The notes under the pieces: generated by a model
Seen by the model: only the letters and a program-made list of their open reading frames with translations
The model's database searches: none
Told to the model about the DNA's origin: nothing
From: Sphingomicrobium sp.
GTDB lineage: Bacteria; Pseudomonadota; Alphaproteobacteria; Sphingomonadales; Sphingomonadaceae
Length of the DNA: 64,000 nucleotides
Assembly (NCBI GenBank): GCA_045811425.1
Contig: JBJMUA010000035.1
Span: forward strand, 3,379 to 67,378
Direction of reading: 5' to 3'
Shown here: in pieces, positions 40,855-51,461 of the stretch
Position numbering within the stretch: position 1 is the first letter of the stretch
Layout of the letters: each line of letters begins with the position of its first letter
Translations under genes and position numbers: made by a program

Positions 40855-41859
40855 ATGACCGAGATTCCCAACGTCACGCTAGATAGTCGCTCCGACACCA
40901 TCCTCGCGTCGCCTGACAAGATGGTGAAGGTTCGCGACGTATTCGGCGTCGATTGTGACCTTGAAGTTCCGGCCTTCAGCGAAGCTGACGAGCGCGTGCC
41001 CGATCTCGATCCGGCCTATGTGTTCGATCCGGATACGACCCTGGCAATTTGCGCCGGTTTCGCCCGCAACCGCCGGGTGATTGTCCAGGGCTACCACGGC
41101 ACCGGCAAGTCGACGCACATCGAGCAGGTAGCGGCGCGGATCAACTGGCCGATGATCCGCATCAACCTCGATGCCCACATCAGCCGCATCGACCTCATCG
41201 GTCGCGACGCGATCGTATTGCAGGACGGCCAGCAGGTGACCGAGTTCCGCGAAGGGCTGCTGCCCTGGGCGCTGCAGCATCCGGTAGCGCTGGTGTTCGA
41301 CGAGTATGACGCCGGACGGCCGGATGTGATGTTCGTGATCCAGCGGGTGCTCGAAACCGACGGCAAGCTCACCCTGCTCGACCAGAATCGGGTGATCCGG
41401 CCCAATCCCTGGTTCCGGCTGTTCGCCACCACCAACACCATCGGCCTCGGCGATACCAGCGGCCTCTATCATGGCACCCAGGCAATCAATCAGGCGCAGA
41501 TGGACCGTTGGAACCTGGTTGCGGTGCTCAATTATCTGCCTGCCGAGACCGAGGCACAGATCGTCCTCGCCAAATCGGGGGAATATGATCGGGATGGGGG
41601 GAAGGAGGAGGTGGCGAAGATGGTGCAGGTCGCGAACCTCTCCCGCCAGGGATTCATCAACGGCGATATCTCGACGGTGATGAGCCCACGCACCGTTATC
41701 AGCTGGGCGCAGAATGCGCTGATCTTCGGCAATATGGGCTTCGCCTTCCGGATCAGCTTCCTCAACAAGTGCGACGAATCAGAGCGGCCGCTGATCGCCG
41801 AATATTATCAGCGCGTGTTCGGATCCGACCTGCCCGAGAGCGTCGCCCACCGGGCCTGA
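40855..41859 (+). CDS. cobS: Cobaltochelatase subunit CobS (AAA+)
   Basis: [35 protein letters not shown]. Confidence 0.95.
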   Translation: MTEIPNVTLDSRSDTILASPDKMVKVRDVFGVDCDLEVPAFSEADERVPDLDPAYVFDPDTTLAICAGFARNRRVIVQGYHGTGKSTHIEQVAARINWPMIRINLDAHISRIDLIGRDAIVLQDGQQVTEFREGLLPWALQHPVALVFDEYDAGRPDVMFVIQRVLETDGKLTLLDQNRVIRPNPWFRLFATTNTIGLGDTSGLYHGTQAINQAQMDRWNLVAVLNYLPAETEAQIVLAKSGEYDRDGGKEEVAKMVQVANLSRQGFINGDISTVMSPRTVISWAQNALIFGNMGFAFRISFLNKCDESERPLIAEYYQRVFGSDLPESVAHRA

Positions 41860-41861
41860 TC

Positions 41862-41898
41862 AAAAAAGGAGGGCCCCGCCCGCAGGCGACGCCCTCCT
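41862..41898 (-). terminator. Terminator between convergent cobS and protease genes
   Basis: AGGAGGGC...GCCCTCCT stem preceded by an A-tract. Confidence 0.65.
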
Positions 41899-41912
41899 GG
41901 ATTTGCCGGCGC

Positions 41913-43634
41913 TTAGCCGAAGATGATGTCGTTATTCACGTCGATCGCGGCACCGAGCAGGTGGATCGCATAATCCTGGCCGTTTGCGCTGAAGTGCAGA
42001 TCGCCGCCCGCATAGGACACATCGGCAGCCGTCAGATGGCCAAAGGAGGTCAGGTCGATCTTGTCCTCGCCCGTCATGAAGTCGGTGATCGTGTCGATTG
42101 AATTGTCGTCTACGACTTTCCCGGCGGGATCGCTCGGATCGGGGATGGTCCCGCTGTAATCGGCGATGATGAAGGTATCGGCACCCTCACCGCCAGTGAA
42201 CATATTGTCCGCCTGGTTGCCGTTGATCCGGTCGTCCCCATGGCCGCCGATCGCATTCTCGATCACCGCGCCGTAGGCGATGCCGATATTCTGCTCCATC
42301 AGGAATTGATCGCCAGTGCCGGTGATCTCCTTCCAGCTCTGGCCCTCGTTGACGAAGGTCTTGCCTCCGTCGTCGGACCAATCGCCGTCAAAGTAGATGT
42401 GATAGAGGCGATCAGTGCGAGCCCCAAGTCCGGCAGTGACGTTGTTTGCATTGATCTGCTCCAGCGTAAGCTGGGTTCCGGCCAGATCAGGGTCATACGC
42501 GCCGGCACCGCCAGCACTGATATACGCGCCTTCACGCAGATCGATGACCGACGGGGTGTAATAGCCCGACAGGTCGATGGTGTCGTTTCCGGCCGCATCC
42601 CAAATGGTGAAGATGGTGAACATCTCGCCATTGTGGAAGCTCATCGCCGGGTTCCACACATCGCCTGTTGCGTGGAAGCCGTACGTCGTGTCGCCCGTCC
42701 GGGTCGTCATGTCGGCGCCATATTTCTGCTGGGCGACATAGACGTCATCCACCATCGGCGTAGACGGATAGACGAAGCGCATGACATTCCAGTCGATGTT
42801 CTGCGCACCGGTCTCGTAAGAGTCGAAATACGACATGATCGAAAATTGGTTGCTGTCCTGGAAATATTGCGCGTCGGTGCTGTAGTTGATCGGGTCCGCC
42901 ACCCCGTCGCCGTCGCTGTCGTCGCCAAAATTATAGCTGCCCGGATGCGACAGGCCCAAGGTGTGGCCCAGTTCGTGATTGAGCGTCTGCAGCCCGTAGA
43001 ATCCCGGGTCGAGTTGCCCGTTCGAGCCATTGACCCGCGGGTCGGCGATCCAGACATCGCTGCTCAACCGCTCATACTGATGGCCGGAGCCGGGGTAATA
43101 GGCCCAGGCCTGCGCAGGGCCAGTCGTGGTGTTGGCGAGCAGGATATCGGTCGTATTCTGCGCCCAGGTACTGGATCCCGGGCCTGAAGCCTGCTCCTGG
43201 AACGTGGGTGCGATCAGGTCATCCCAATTGTGGATCGCGACCCTCGCCGCGGCCTTCTGGGCATTCGTGAACGGTGCGTAGCCCTGCCCTTCGCCGAAGA
43301 ACTGGGGATTGTTGTTGATGCCGGGATAATGCCGTCCGTCGAAAAAGCCCCAGGTGACGATGCCGTCGGCACCGACGTCGAGGATCCTACCGGAGTCGAT
43401 CTGCCAGCTCACCGTTCCCGATACGTTGGCACCTTCTGGAAGGACCGGATTATCGCGGACCATAGTCCCGATCAGGTCCTGGATGTGCGTGGGAAGCCCG
43501 CTGCCGGTTTCCCAATTGAATGTTGCGTTGAACGTCCCGGCGTCTGTCAGCGGCGTAAGCCCCGTGCTGACGATTGGCCGCACCTCATTGTAATCGTCGA
43601 GGTTTGCGACCTGCAATTTTTGTCTGATACCCAA
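41913..43634 (-). CDS. Serralysin-like M10B metalloprotease
   Basis: HELGHTLGLSHPG zinc motif, SIMSY Met-turn, IENAIGGHGDD and GGEGADTF RTX-like tail, ITDF..GEDKIDL; AGGAGG plus TTG start at 43634. Confidence 0.9.
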   Translation of the reverse strand: MGIRQKLQVANLDDYNEVRPIVSTGLTPLTDAGTFNATFNWETGSGLPTHIQDLIGTMVRDNPVLPEGANVSGTVSWQIDSGRILDVGADGIVTWGFFDGRHYPGINNNPQFFGEGQGYAPFTNAQKAAARVAIHNWDDLIAPTFQEQASGPGSSTWAQNTTDILLANTTTGPAQAWAYYPGSGHQYERLSSDVWIADPRVNGSNGQLDPGFYGLQTLNHELGHTLGLSHPGSYNFGDDSDGDGVADPINYSTDAQYFQDSNQFSIMSYFDSYETGAQNIDWNVMRFVYPSTPMVDDVYVAQQKYGADMTTRTGDTTYGFHATGDVWNPAMSFHNGEMFTIFTIWDAAGNDTIDLSGYYTPSVIDLREGAYISAGGAGAYDPDLAGTQLTLEQINANNVTAGLGARTDRLYHIYFDGDWSDDGGKTFVNEGQSWKEITGTGDQFLMEQNIGIAYGAVIENAIGGHGDDRINGNQADNMFTGGEGADTFIIADYSGTIPDPSDPAGKVVDDNSIDTITDFMTGEDKIDLTSFGHLTAADVSYAGGDLHFSANGQDYAIHLLGAAIDVNNDIIFG

Positions 43635-43772
43635 CTCGGCCTCCTGAACACTACTCGGAGCCCCCCCGTGGAATGGAGGTTGAAGCAGAGGACAACTGAG
43701 AGTCAACTCACCGATACATCGGATCGGCGCATTTTCGGCAAGGATCCGCCCAATGGGAAAACGCGACCGCGC

Positions 43773-43976
43773 CTAGTTTTGCTGGCGATCCAGTTCGCGA
43801 AGCTTTTCGGCGAGCCGCTCATCAAAGCTCATTTGGTCCTCATAGCTCCGTCCCCGAGGATTTGGGCGCTTTCCGCCCCCCGCGACAAAGCCAATGAAGC
43901 GCATGAACTTCACTGCGTTAAAGATGATCCCCAGCACAAGTGGGACGATCACCAGCCAGATTGTCGTCGAATCCAT
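43773..43976 (-). CDS. Small hypothetical membrane-anchored protein
   Basis: N-terminal TM helix, then charged tail SFDERLAEKLRELD. Confidence 0.55.
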   Translation of the reverse strand: MDSTTIWLVIVPLVLGIIFNAVKFMRFIGFVAGGGKRPNPRGRSYEDQMSFDERLAEKLRELDRQQN

Positions 43977-44082
43977 TCCCGAAACCTTTCAATCGGCCGC
44001 CAATAATCCACCTTCGAGATGACCAAATTGCTAAGACGTAATGCGTTGACCCTGCTGCTTCATCGCGCCAGAGCTTAGATTA

Positions 44083-45909
44083 ATGGCCCAGCCGTCGCCT
44101 CTCGATCGCTTTCGCACGGTGCTGGCCGGGGCCACGCGGGCGATTGCCGAGGATGCCGAGGCGGAGGTTGTGTTCGCCTCCGATGCGAGCGGCCAGTCCC
44201 CGGGCAAGGTTGCGCGGGTCGTCTCGCCCGGGCCCAGCCTTGAGCCGCGGCTGGTGGCCGAGGCGCGTGGCGCGGCCGACGCGCTCGCCTTGCGGCTCAG
44301 GCATCATGATCCGAAGATGCACATGTCGCGTGCCCCGGTCAGCGATACCGACGCGCGCGCCGTGTTCGATGCGCTGGAACAGGCACGGGTCGAGGCGCTC
44401 GGTGCTCGCTCGATGGATGGCGTACGCGCCAATTTGAACGACCTGGCCGATGCGCGTGTCCGGCTCGACGCCATCACGCGCGCGCGCACGGCCGAGGAAG
44501 TGCCGTTGGCAACGGCCGTCGGCCTGCTCGCGCGGCAGCGCCTGACTGGCGAAGCGCCTCCGCCGGCGGCCAGGCCGGGGCTCGATCTGGTTGCGCCCTG
44601 GATCGAGGAGAAGGCGGGCGCGGAGCTCGATGCGCTGGGGCTTACCATCGATGACCAGGCGGCTTTCGCCACTCTCTCGCGACGGTTGCTCGAGGACCTT
44701 GAACTGGCGGTGGAAGAGCCAAGCGACCAAGAACCGGACGAAGGCGGCGACGAAGGGCAGGGCGAAGAAGAAGGCCCGGATGATGCTGACGATGCCGAAT
44801 CGGAATCCGCCGATGGCAGTGGCGACATGGAGATGCGTTCGGAAGAATCCGAGAGCGAAGAGGGCGATGACGAAAGCGCCGACAGCGAGGCCGACACCGC
44901 GGAAGGGGACGCGACAACTGCCGAGGACGGAGCGGACCAGGCGCGTGCCAACGCGCTCCGCCGCAACTGGGCCGAGGAACCGATCACCGACTATCGGCCA
45001 TTTACCAATCGCTTTGACGAAACGGTGGCCGCCAGCGAGCTTTGCGATGAGGACGAACTGGGCAGGCTCCGCGCCTATCTGGACCAGCAGATGATCAGCC
45101 TGGGCGGTGTCGTCACTCGCCTCGCCAACCGGCTGCAGCGGCGGCTGATGGCCCAGCAGGCGCGAAGCTGGGACTTCGATCAGGAGGAAGGCCTGTTGGA
45201 TGCGGCGCGGCTGGCGCGGGTCATCGTCTCGCCCGCCCATTCGCTGAGCTACAAGAACGAAAAGGATACCGAGTTCAAGGACACGGTGGTCAGCCTTCTG
45301 ATCGACAATTCGGGATCGATGCGCGGCCGGCCGATCTCGATTGCGGCAACCTGTGCCGACGTGCTGGCGCGGACGCTCGAGCGTTGCGGCGTATCGACCG
45401 AGATCCTCGGATTCACGACGCGCGGCTGGAAGGGAGGGCAAAGCCGCGAACTCTGGCTGTCGGAAGGCAGGCCGCCGCACCCCGGACGCCTCAATGACCT
45501 TCGCCATATTATCTACAAGCGCGCCGACGAGCCTTACCGGCATGCGCGCAGGAGCCTTGGCCTGATGATGAGGGAAGGACTGCTTAAGGAAAATATCGAC
45601 GGCGAGGCGCTGCTTTGGGCGCACAGCCGGCTGCTGGCGCGAGCCGAAGAACGGCGAATCCTGCTGGTGATCAGCGACGGCGCGCCGGTCGACGATTCAA
45701 CCGCGTCGGCCAATGGCGGCACCTATCTGGAACGGCACCTGCGGCAGGTCATCACCTGGATTGAAGAGCGATCCGGCATCGAGCTTGCGGCGATCGGCAT
45801 CGGCCATGACGTGACGCGTTATTATGCCCGCGCGATCACAATCATGGACGCGGAACAGCTTGGCGGCGCGCTGATCGAGCAGCTCGCAGCCCTGTTCGAC
45901 AAGGATTGA
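44083..45909 (+). CDS. cobT: Cobaltochelatase subunit CobT
   Basis: Acidic linker; WDFDQEEG; VWA motifs [28 protein letters not shown]. Confidence 0.95.
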   Translation: MAQPSPLDRFRTVLAGATRAIAEDAEAEVVFASDASGQSPGKVARVVSPGPSLEPRLVAEARGAADALALRLRHHDPKMHMSRAPVSDTDARAVFDALEQARVEALGARSMDGVRANLNDLADARVRLDAITRARTAEEVPLATAVGLLARQRLTGEAPPPAARPGLDLVAPWIEEKAGAELDALGLTIDDQAAFATLSRRLLEDLELAVEEPSDQEPDEGGDEGQGEEEGPDDADDAESESADGSGDMEMRSEESESEEGDDESADSEADTAEGDATTAEDGADQARANALRRNWAEEPITDYRPFTNRFDETVAASELCDEDELGRLRAYLDQQMISLGGVVTRLANRLQRRLMAQQARSWDFDQEEGLLDAARLARVIVSPAHSLSYKNEKDTEFKDTVVSLLIDNSGSMRGRPISIAATCADVLARTLERCGVSTEILGFTTRGWKGGQSRELWLSEGRPPHPGRLNDLRHIIYKRADEPYRHARRSLGLMMREGLLKENIDGEALLWAHSRLLARAEERRILLVISDGAPVDDSTASANGGTYLERHLRQVITWIEERSGIELAAIGIGHDVTRYYARAITIMDAEQLGGALIEQLAALFDKD

Positions 45910-45924
45910 ATGAGGATAGCCCAG

Positions 45925-46050
45925 ACAAAAATATGGGCCCGGAGCGACAAAGCGCTCCGGGCCCCCCTCGATACGCGACGCGAGGGATTTCGGTCCGCCG
46001 TTACCGGCGAGGACAAGGAAAAAGGGGGAAACCTCGTCCTTGAGGAGGCT
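45925..46050 (-). ncRNA. Candidate sRNA (four hairpins plus terminator)
   Basis: Consecutive hairpins; pyrimidine loop UUUCCCCCUUUUU; 12-bp perfect terminal stem followed by a U-tract on the minus strand. Confidence 0.45.
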
Positions 46051-46102
46051 TATGCCCGATTCGCCGTTGAATGGGGCTGAACGAGCCTTGCAGCATTCAT
46101 TA

Positions 46103-47077
46103 ATGAAATCGCCTGTTTTCAATGCCTTGTTGATGGGAATGGCGGTCGCCTTGGCTTATGCGCCGATCAGGGGATTGCCCGATCTTCGCGCCTTGCCGCC
46201 GTCCACCGTGCCGCTGCAGGTCCGGCAGGTCGCACTGCCGGCCGCAATCCCGCCGTTGCGACTGGCGGGGGCATGGGAACTGGGATCCGCCGATCCCCGC
46301 TTCACCGGCCTGTCGGCATTGGCCATCGACAGAGGACGTTTTCTTGCGGTCAGCGATCGCGGGGCGGTCATGCGCTTCGACCTGCCGTCGGTTTCCACTC
46401 CGGCCATCTGGCTTGCCGATTTGCGGGTCGGGCCTGGACCGTGGGGGGAGAAATGGGCGCGCGATGCCGAATCGATTGCGCCTGATCCAAAAGGCCGCGG
46501 ATGGTGGATCGGCTATGAGCAGCATCATTCGCTCTGGCTTTATGACGATCAATTCGAGCAGGGCCTGGCCTGGGTCGACCTCCGGCGGGACGATTGGCGC
46601 GACAATCGCGGAGCCGAGGGGCTAATAACGGAGGGCGATCACTTGCTGATCGCCGCCGAAAATGGGCGGGAAGCGATTCGCGTCGGCGCATCGGGCATTC
46701 GCCGGATCGAGCTGGTTGCGGGCGCCGACGTGGCGGAAGCGGCGCGGGCACCGGACGGCAGTGCTTGGTTGCTGCTCCGCTCCAAGGGTCCGGGCGGCAT
46801 CAGCCAATCGATCGCGCCGCTGATCTCCACCGGCGTCGGCTATCGCGCCGGGCCGGGCATCACGGTGCCCAAGGGACTATTCGACAATTATGAAGGGATG
46901 GCGATCGAGGAGAGGCCCGGTGGCGGCTGGCGATTCTGGCTGGTGACCGACGATGGTCATCGCATCATGGCGCGAACGCTCCTGGTGGCGCTCGATTATG
47001 CCCCACCCGCCAGACATGACAAAAGCCCGGCGACGGGCGCCGGGCTTTCGAAGGCACGCGAACGCAAAGGGCGTTAG
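46103..47077 (+). CDS. Esterase-like activity of phytase family protein
   Basis: FTGLSAL, VSDRG, DAESI, NRGAEGL, DNYEGMA, LVTDD; start may be 46052. Confidence 0.8.
   Translation: MKSPVFNALLMGMAVALAYAPIRGLPDLRALPPSTVPLQVRQVALPAAIPPLRLAGAWELGSADPRFTGLSALAIDRGRFLAVSDRGAVMRFDLPSVSTPAIWLADLRVGPGPWGEKWARDAESIAPDPKGRGWWIGYEQHHSLWLYDDQFEQGLAWVDLRRDDWRDNRGAEGLITEGDHLLIAAENGREAIRVGASGIRRIELVAGADVAEAARAPDGSAWLLLRSKGPGGISQSIAPLISTGVGYRAGPGITVPKGLFDNYEGMAIEERPGGGWRFWLVTDDGHRIMARTLLVALDYAPPARHDKSPATGAGLSKARERKGR
47021..47048 (-). terminator. rpmB terminator (overlaps the 3' end of the convergent gene)
   Basis: AAAGCCCGGCG-acggg-CGCCGGGCTTT. Confidence 0.65.
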
Positions 47078-47367
47078 GCCGCGCTGGCCTTGACTTGCTT
47101 GGCGATTTCGCGCTTCAGCTTGGCAACGCGCGGGCTGAGCTTGTCCGCACTGGTCTTGGTCAGCCAGTTGTCGAGCCCGCCGACATGCTCGACCGAACGA
47201 AGGCCGTGCGTCGACACGCGCAGCTTGATGCTCCGCTCCAGCGATTCCGAGATCAAGGTCACGTTCTGCAGGTTGGGCAGGAACGTCCGCTTGGTCTTGT
47301 TATTGGCGTGGGAAACATTGTTGCCCACCTGCCGGCCCTTGCCGGTCAGCTCGCAAACCCGCGACAT
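47074..47367 (-). CDS. rpmB: 50S ribosomal protein L28
   Basis: [34 protein letters not shown]. Confidence 0.98.
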   Translation of the reverse strand: MSRVCELTGKGRQVGNNVSHANNKTKRTFLPNLQNVTLISESLERSIKLRVSTHGLRSVEHVGGLDNWLTKTSADKLSPRVAKLKREIAKQVKASAA

Positions 47368-47517
47368 CGGTCACATCCTAATCTGAAATGGGCGCTTGCA
47401 TGCGCCCGGAAAGCGCCGCCCGATACTAGGGGGACGGCCATCCGTCAACCTTGCGAACGGCACAATCCCGAGACATGGAGCGTTTCTCCCCTACCACAGG
47501 CAGCAAGAAGAGAGGTC

Positions 47518-47826
47518 ATGCGCGCCATCTTCCTGATTCTTATCGTGGCCGTCGCCGCGTTGATTGCGGCGTTCGCCACAGGCTATCTCAATATCTCGCA
47601 GACCCGCGAGGCAAGAGCGCCGACGATCGAGGCAACCGGCGGCGCGATTCGCGCGCAAGAGGGCCAGGCGCCAGCATTCGAGGTCCAGACGGGGTCGGTC
47701 GAGGTTGGGACGCGCGAAACCAATGTCGCGGTGCCGAAAATTGAGGTAAAACGCGACAAGGCCAAGGTCGATGTCCCGCAAGTGCAGGTGCGGGCACCCG
47801 AGGAGACGCAGGGCAACGCCAATTGA
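47518..47826 (+). CDS. Hypothetical membrane-anchored protein
   Basis: GAGG RBS; N-terminal TM; Val/Pro-rich tail (FEVQTGSVEVG...VPKIEV). Confidence 0.65.
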   Translation: MRAIFLILIVAVAALIAAFATGYLNISQTREARAPTIEATGGAIRAQEGQAPAFEVQTGSVEVGTRETNVAVPKIEVKRDKAKVDVPQVQVRAPEETQGNAN

Positions 47827-47890
47827 TAGGCTACTGGCCCGCCTGGCGGGCATGACAGCGGCGGCCGATCGGGCTAGCGATCGCCCGGCC

Positions 47891-48346
47891 ATGGCCTTTC
47901 CGTTGCCTCAACCGATGCGCCGCGCGCTCGACCTCGCCGCCGTTGCGGCCGAGGCGGGCGAAGTGCCGGTTGGCGCGGTTGTCACCCTGGGCGATGAAAT
48001 CATTGCCGAAGCCCGCAATGCCATGCGCGGGAGCCTTGATCCCACTGCCCATGCCGAAATGGTCGCCATTCGCAACGCCGCAACCCGGCTCGGCCGGCCC
48101 CGGCTCGACGGTTGCACCTTGTGGGTGAGCCTGGAACCCTGCGCCATGTGCGCCGCCGCGATTGCCTTGTCGCGGATCGAGGCGCTCAGGTTCGGTGCGG
48201 AGGATCCGAAGGGCGGGGGCGTGGTGAACGGCCCCCGCTTCTTTTCACAGCCGACCTGCCATCATCGGCCGGACGTGCTCGGCGGCATTGGGGAAGAGGA
48301 GGCCGCGGCGCAGCTCAAATCCTTCTTCGAAGCGCGCCGGCCCTAG
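47891..48346 (+). CDS. tadA: tRNA adenosine deaminase
   Basis: GEVPVGAV, DPTAHAE, LEPCAMC. Confidence 0.9.
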   Translation: MAFPLPQPMRRALDLAAVAAEAGEVPVGAVVTLGDEIIAEARNAMRGSLDPTAHAEMVAIRNAATRLGRPRLDGCTLWVSLEPCAMCAAAIALSRIEALRFGAEDPKGGGVVNGPRFFSQPTCHHRPDVLGGIGEEEAAAQLKSFFEARRP

Positions 48347-48353
48347 ATCAAAT

Positions 48354-49031
48354 TCAATACCCCGCCTGTGGCTGCGTCACGGGCACGACCTTGATCTCGA
48401 CGCGGCGATTCTGCGCCCGGCCTACGTCCGTCTCGTTGGACGCCACCGGCTGGGACTCGCCATAGCCGTGAAGACCGATCCGGGCGCGTACGACGCCATG
48501 CGCCGAGAGATAGTCGGCGACCGATTGGGCGCGCCGCTGTGACAGCCCCTGATTATATTCGTCGCTGCCGGTTGAATCGGTGTGCCCCAGCACGTCGATA
48601 TAGGTCTGGTCATAACTGGCCAGCGTCTGGGCCACCTGGTTCAGTGTCGACTGGAATTGCGGCTGGATGTCGTAACGATCGACGGGGAAGGTGATCCCGG
48701 ACGGCATGCGCAGGACCAGTTCGTCGCCCGTGCGATAGACATCGACGCCGGTGCCGGCCGTCTGGCGGCGCAATTCGGCCTCCTGGCGGTCCATGTAATA
48801 GCCGACGGCGCCGCCCGAGAGGGCGCCGATGCCCGCGCCGATCACTTTCGCGTTGCGGTCGTGGCTTCCGCCGACCAGGTCGCCCAGCAGATAGCCGCCT
48901 ATCGCGCCAACGCCGATTCCGACCGCGGTGCGGTTGATGGTCTGTTGCCCAGTATAGGGGTCGGTGGTGCAGGCCGTGGTGGCCATTGCTCCGACCGCCG
49001 CTGCAAGCATGATCAGTGGAAGGGGACGCAT
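48354..49031 (-). CDS. OmpA family lipoprotein (YiaD-like)
   Basis: Lipobox TTAC, glycine zipper, GHTDSTG, LSQRRAQSV, NRRVEI. Confidence 0.92.
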   Translation of the reverse strand: MRPLPLIMLAAAVGAMATTACTTDPYTGQQTINRTAVGIGVGAIGGYLLGDLVGGSHDRNAKVIGAGIGALSGGAVGYYMDRQEAELRRQTAGTGVDVYRTGDELVLRMPSGITFPVDRYDIQPQFQSTLNQVAQTLASYDQTYIDVLGHTDSTGSDEYNQGLSQRRAQSVADYLSAHGVVRARIGLHGYGESQPVASNETDVGRAQNRRVEIKVVPVTQPQAGY

Positions 49032-49162
49032 ATTATTCTCCGGTTTTCGTATCGAGCCATTAGCCGCCTGGGAACGGCATCTGGAATTGATGGTTCCGGC
49101 CCCATATCGATCCCTCGCTTGCCCCAAGCTGAATTTGACGGCATTGATTCGGCTTGACCATT

Positions 49163-50515
49163 ATGGGCGACACGCTCCTCCCCTTCCCTTGGCTTGACCT
49201 GGTCCTGATCCTGGCGCTGATCGCGCTCAACGGGCTGTTGTCGATGAGCGAGCTCGCGATCGTCTCATCGCGCGAGGCGCGGCTCAAGGCCATGGCCAAG
49301 TCCGGCTCGCGCGGTGCCAAATGCGCGCTCGACCTGGCGGCGGAGCCTGGCCGTTTCCTGTCCAGCGTGCAGATCGGCATCACCTTGATCGGCATTCTTG
49401 CGGGTGCCTATTCGGGCGCCAGCCTGGGCGAACCGGTGGCACAGCGTCTCGCGCGTCTCGGCCTTGAAGCCGAAGCGGCCCGCACCGTCGGCTTCGGCAT
49501 CGTGATCGTAGTCACGACCTTCGCCAGCCTGGTGATCGGCGAACTGGTCCCCAAGCAATTCGCGCTGCGCAATCCGGAATTCATCGCCGCGCTGGTTTCC
49601 CGGCCGATGGGCTGGCTTTCCCGGCTGACCGCGCCATTCGTCTGGCTGCTCGATCGCACCAGCGCGCTCATCTTCAGGCTGCTGGGCCTGTCGCGGGAAA
49701 CGAAGAATGTCGTGACGGCCGAAGAGCTGCACCTGGTGGTGGCGGAGGCGCAGACGGCCGGCGTCCTCGAGGAAAGCGAGCGCGCGATCATCTCCGGCAT
49801 CGTGCGGCTGGCCGACCGTCCGGTCCGCGAGGTGATGACGCCGCGCACCGACATCGACTGGATCGATATCCGCTGCACCGGCGAAGACGTCCGCACGGCC
49901 CTGTCCCAAACCACCCACAGCCGCATTCCCGTGGCGGAAGGTTCCGTCGACAATATCGTGGGCGTCGTGTCGACCCGCGACATGCTGACCTGCCTGCTCG
50001 ACGGCCGGGAGCTGGATTTGCGGACCCTGACGCGCACGGCGCCCGTCATCCCCGACCTGATGGACGCGATGGATGCCCTGGCGGTGCTGCGTTCGGCGGA
50101 GGTGCCGCTGGCGCTGGTGCATGACGAATATGGCCATCTCGACGGCATCGTCACACCAGGCTCGATCCTCAGCGCGCTGGCCGGCGCGTTCGCGCACGAC
50201 ATCGAGGAGGGGGAGGAACCGCCCTGCCTGGAGCGCGAGGATGGAAGTTGGCTGGTGTCGGGATCGGCAACCGCCGACCTGCTCGCTGACCGGATCGGCG
50301 TCAACATGCCCAACGAGCGCGAATATTCGACCGTGGCGGGCTTCGCGCTGTCGGTCCTCAAGCGGATCCCGGAAACCGGCGAAGTGTTCAAGTTTGACGG
50401 CTATCGCTTTGAAGTCGTCGACATGGATGGCCGCAAGATCGACAAGCTGTTGGTCAACCGGCCAAAGCGCCGGAAGAGCGGCCAGGAAGCCGAAAGCGAA
50501 GCTCCCTCCGCCTGA
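49163..50515 (+). CDS. HlyC/CorC (CNNM-CBS-CorC) family protein
   Basis: SELAIVS, VQIGIT, GELVPK, MTPR, HSRIPV, DEYG, VVDMDGRKIDK. Confidence 0.92.
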   Translation: MGDTLLPFPWLDLVLILALIALNGLLSMSELAIVSSREARLKAMAKSGSRGAKCALDLAAEPGRFLSSVQIGITLIGILAGAYSGASLGEPVAQRLARLGLEAEAARTVGFGIVIVVTTFASLVIGELVPKQFALRNPEFIAALVSRPMGWLSRLTAPFVWLLDRTSALIFRLLGLSRETKNVVTAEELHLVVAEAQTAGVLEESERAIISGIVRLADRPVREVMTPRTDIDWIDIRCTGEDVRTALSQTTHSRIPVAEGSVDNIVGVVSTRDMLTCLLDGRELDLRTLTRTAPVIPDLMDAMDALAVLRSAEVPLALVHDEYGHLDGIVTPGSILSALAGAFAHDIEEGEEPPCLEREDGSWLVSGSATADLLADRIGVNMPNEREYSTVAGFALSVLKRIPETGEVFKFDGYRFEVVDMDGRKIDKLLVNRPKRRKSGQEAESEAPSA

Positions 50516-51016
50516 TCAGCCCTGCAGCTTGCCGAACGTCGCCTCATAGCCGGCGACGTCGCCGCGGGCGAGGTAATCGGCCTGCTCCAGCACGCGATCG
50601 CGCTGCAGCCGGCCCCGGAAAGCACCCAGGGACTCGTCGATCATTTCGACCTGGCCCGGAGATAGCCTGGCGATCTGATCGAAGCGGGTGATCCCGCGCT
50701 CGTTGAGCATCGCGGCAAGCTTTGGCCCGACACCCTTCAATCGCAACAGATCGTCGGGCGGGCCGGCAGCGCCGGGCAGGTGGTCATGGACATTGGTGCG
50801 AAGCAAATGGCCGGCAATGTCGCTTGCCGCGGCCGCGGCCTCGTCGGCGATATTCCTGCCTTCGCCACCGGCATTTCCATGGGTCATGTGCGGCCGGGTC
50901 GGTACCGCGTCGCTAAGCCGGACATTCTGCTTCGGCCGGAAGATAAGATAGCCAACGATCAGTCCGACGATCAGTCCGACGAGGATGACGGGCCAATAAA
51001 GTTGGATGAATTCCAT
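50516..51016 (-). CDS. Membrane-anchored helix-hairpin-helix protein
   Basis: N-terminal TM; DDLLRLKGVGPKL...L...GI..F.QIA. Confidence 0.75.
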   Translation of the reverse strand: MEFIQLYWPVILVGLIVGLIVGYLIFRPKQNVRLSDAVPTRPHMTHGNAGGEGRNIADEAAAAASDIAGHLLRTNVHDHLPGAAGPPDDLLRLKGVGPKLAAMLNERGITRFDQIARLSPGQVEMIDESLGAFRGRLQRDRVLEQADYLARGDVAGYEATFGKLQG

Positions 51017-51021
51017 GCCTT

Positions 51022-51144
51022 TCAGATCCTCTTCTTCCACCGGTTAGCCCGGCGCCTCAATTCGCCAATATACGCCAGCACCATGCCAATCGCGAAGCCG
51101 GTAAAGGCAAATAGCAACGCTTCCACCAGCAAGGGGATCATCAT
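51022..51144 (-). CDS. Small 40-aa TM protein
   Basis: MMIPLLVEALLFAFTGFAIGMVLAYIGELRRRANRWKKRI; ATGA coupling to the upstream gene; GGAAGGA RBS. Confidence 0.6.
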   Translation of the reverse strand: MMIPLLVEALLFAFTGFAIGMVLAYIGELRRRANRWKKRI

Positions 51145-51461
51145 TGGCCGTCCTTCCGTTCCTGCGGTAGCGAGGCTGGGTCCCATCGTACGTCGAGAAC
51201 GCCGGGGACGGCATCGAGTCTGCGCCGCAACTCGGATCGCTGGAAATCGTCGGCCGGCCCGCTGAGGATCAGGCGGCGAGCGAGTGGCCGCCGCTGCACC
51301 TTCGCCTGGATCATGTACATTTCGTCATGGTCGAGCTGCCGTCTCGCCTGCGTTTCGATGTGCCGGGCCATTCTTTCGCCGGCGCCGAGCGGACCATGCC
51401 ACAATGACGTGAAGCCGATCACCGCGGCGACGCCGATCAGCAGGATGCTTCGCCGGCTCAC
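51141..51461 (-). CDS. Hypothetical protein (BON-like C-terminus)
   Basis: N-terminal TM; LILSGPA...VPGVLDVRW; coupled to the purD stop. Confidence 0.65.
   Translation of the reverse strand: MSRRSILLIGVAAVIGFTSLWHGPLGAGERMARHIETQARRQLDHDEMYMIQAKVQRRPLARRLILSGPADDFQRSELRRRLDAVPGVLDVRWDPASLPQERKDGQ

Noticed and set aside
40821-44083. Cobalamin riboswitch near cobS/cobT
   Set aside because: Intergenic gaps are short and no B12-box was seen
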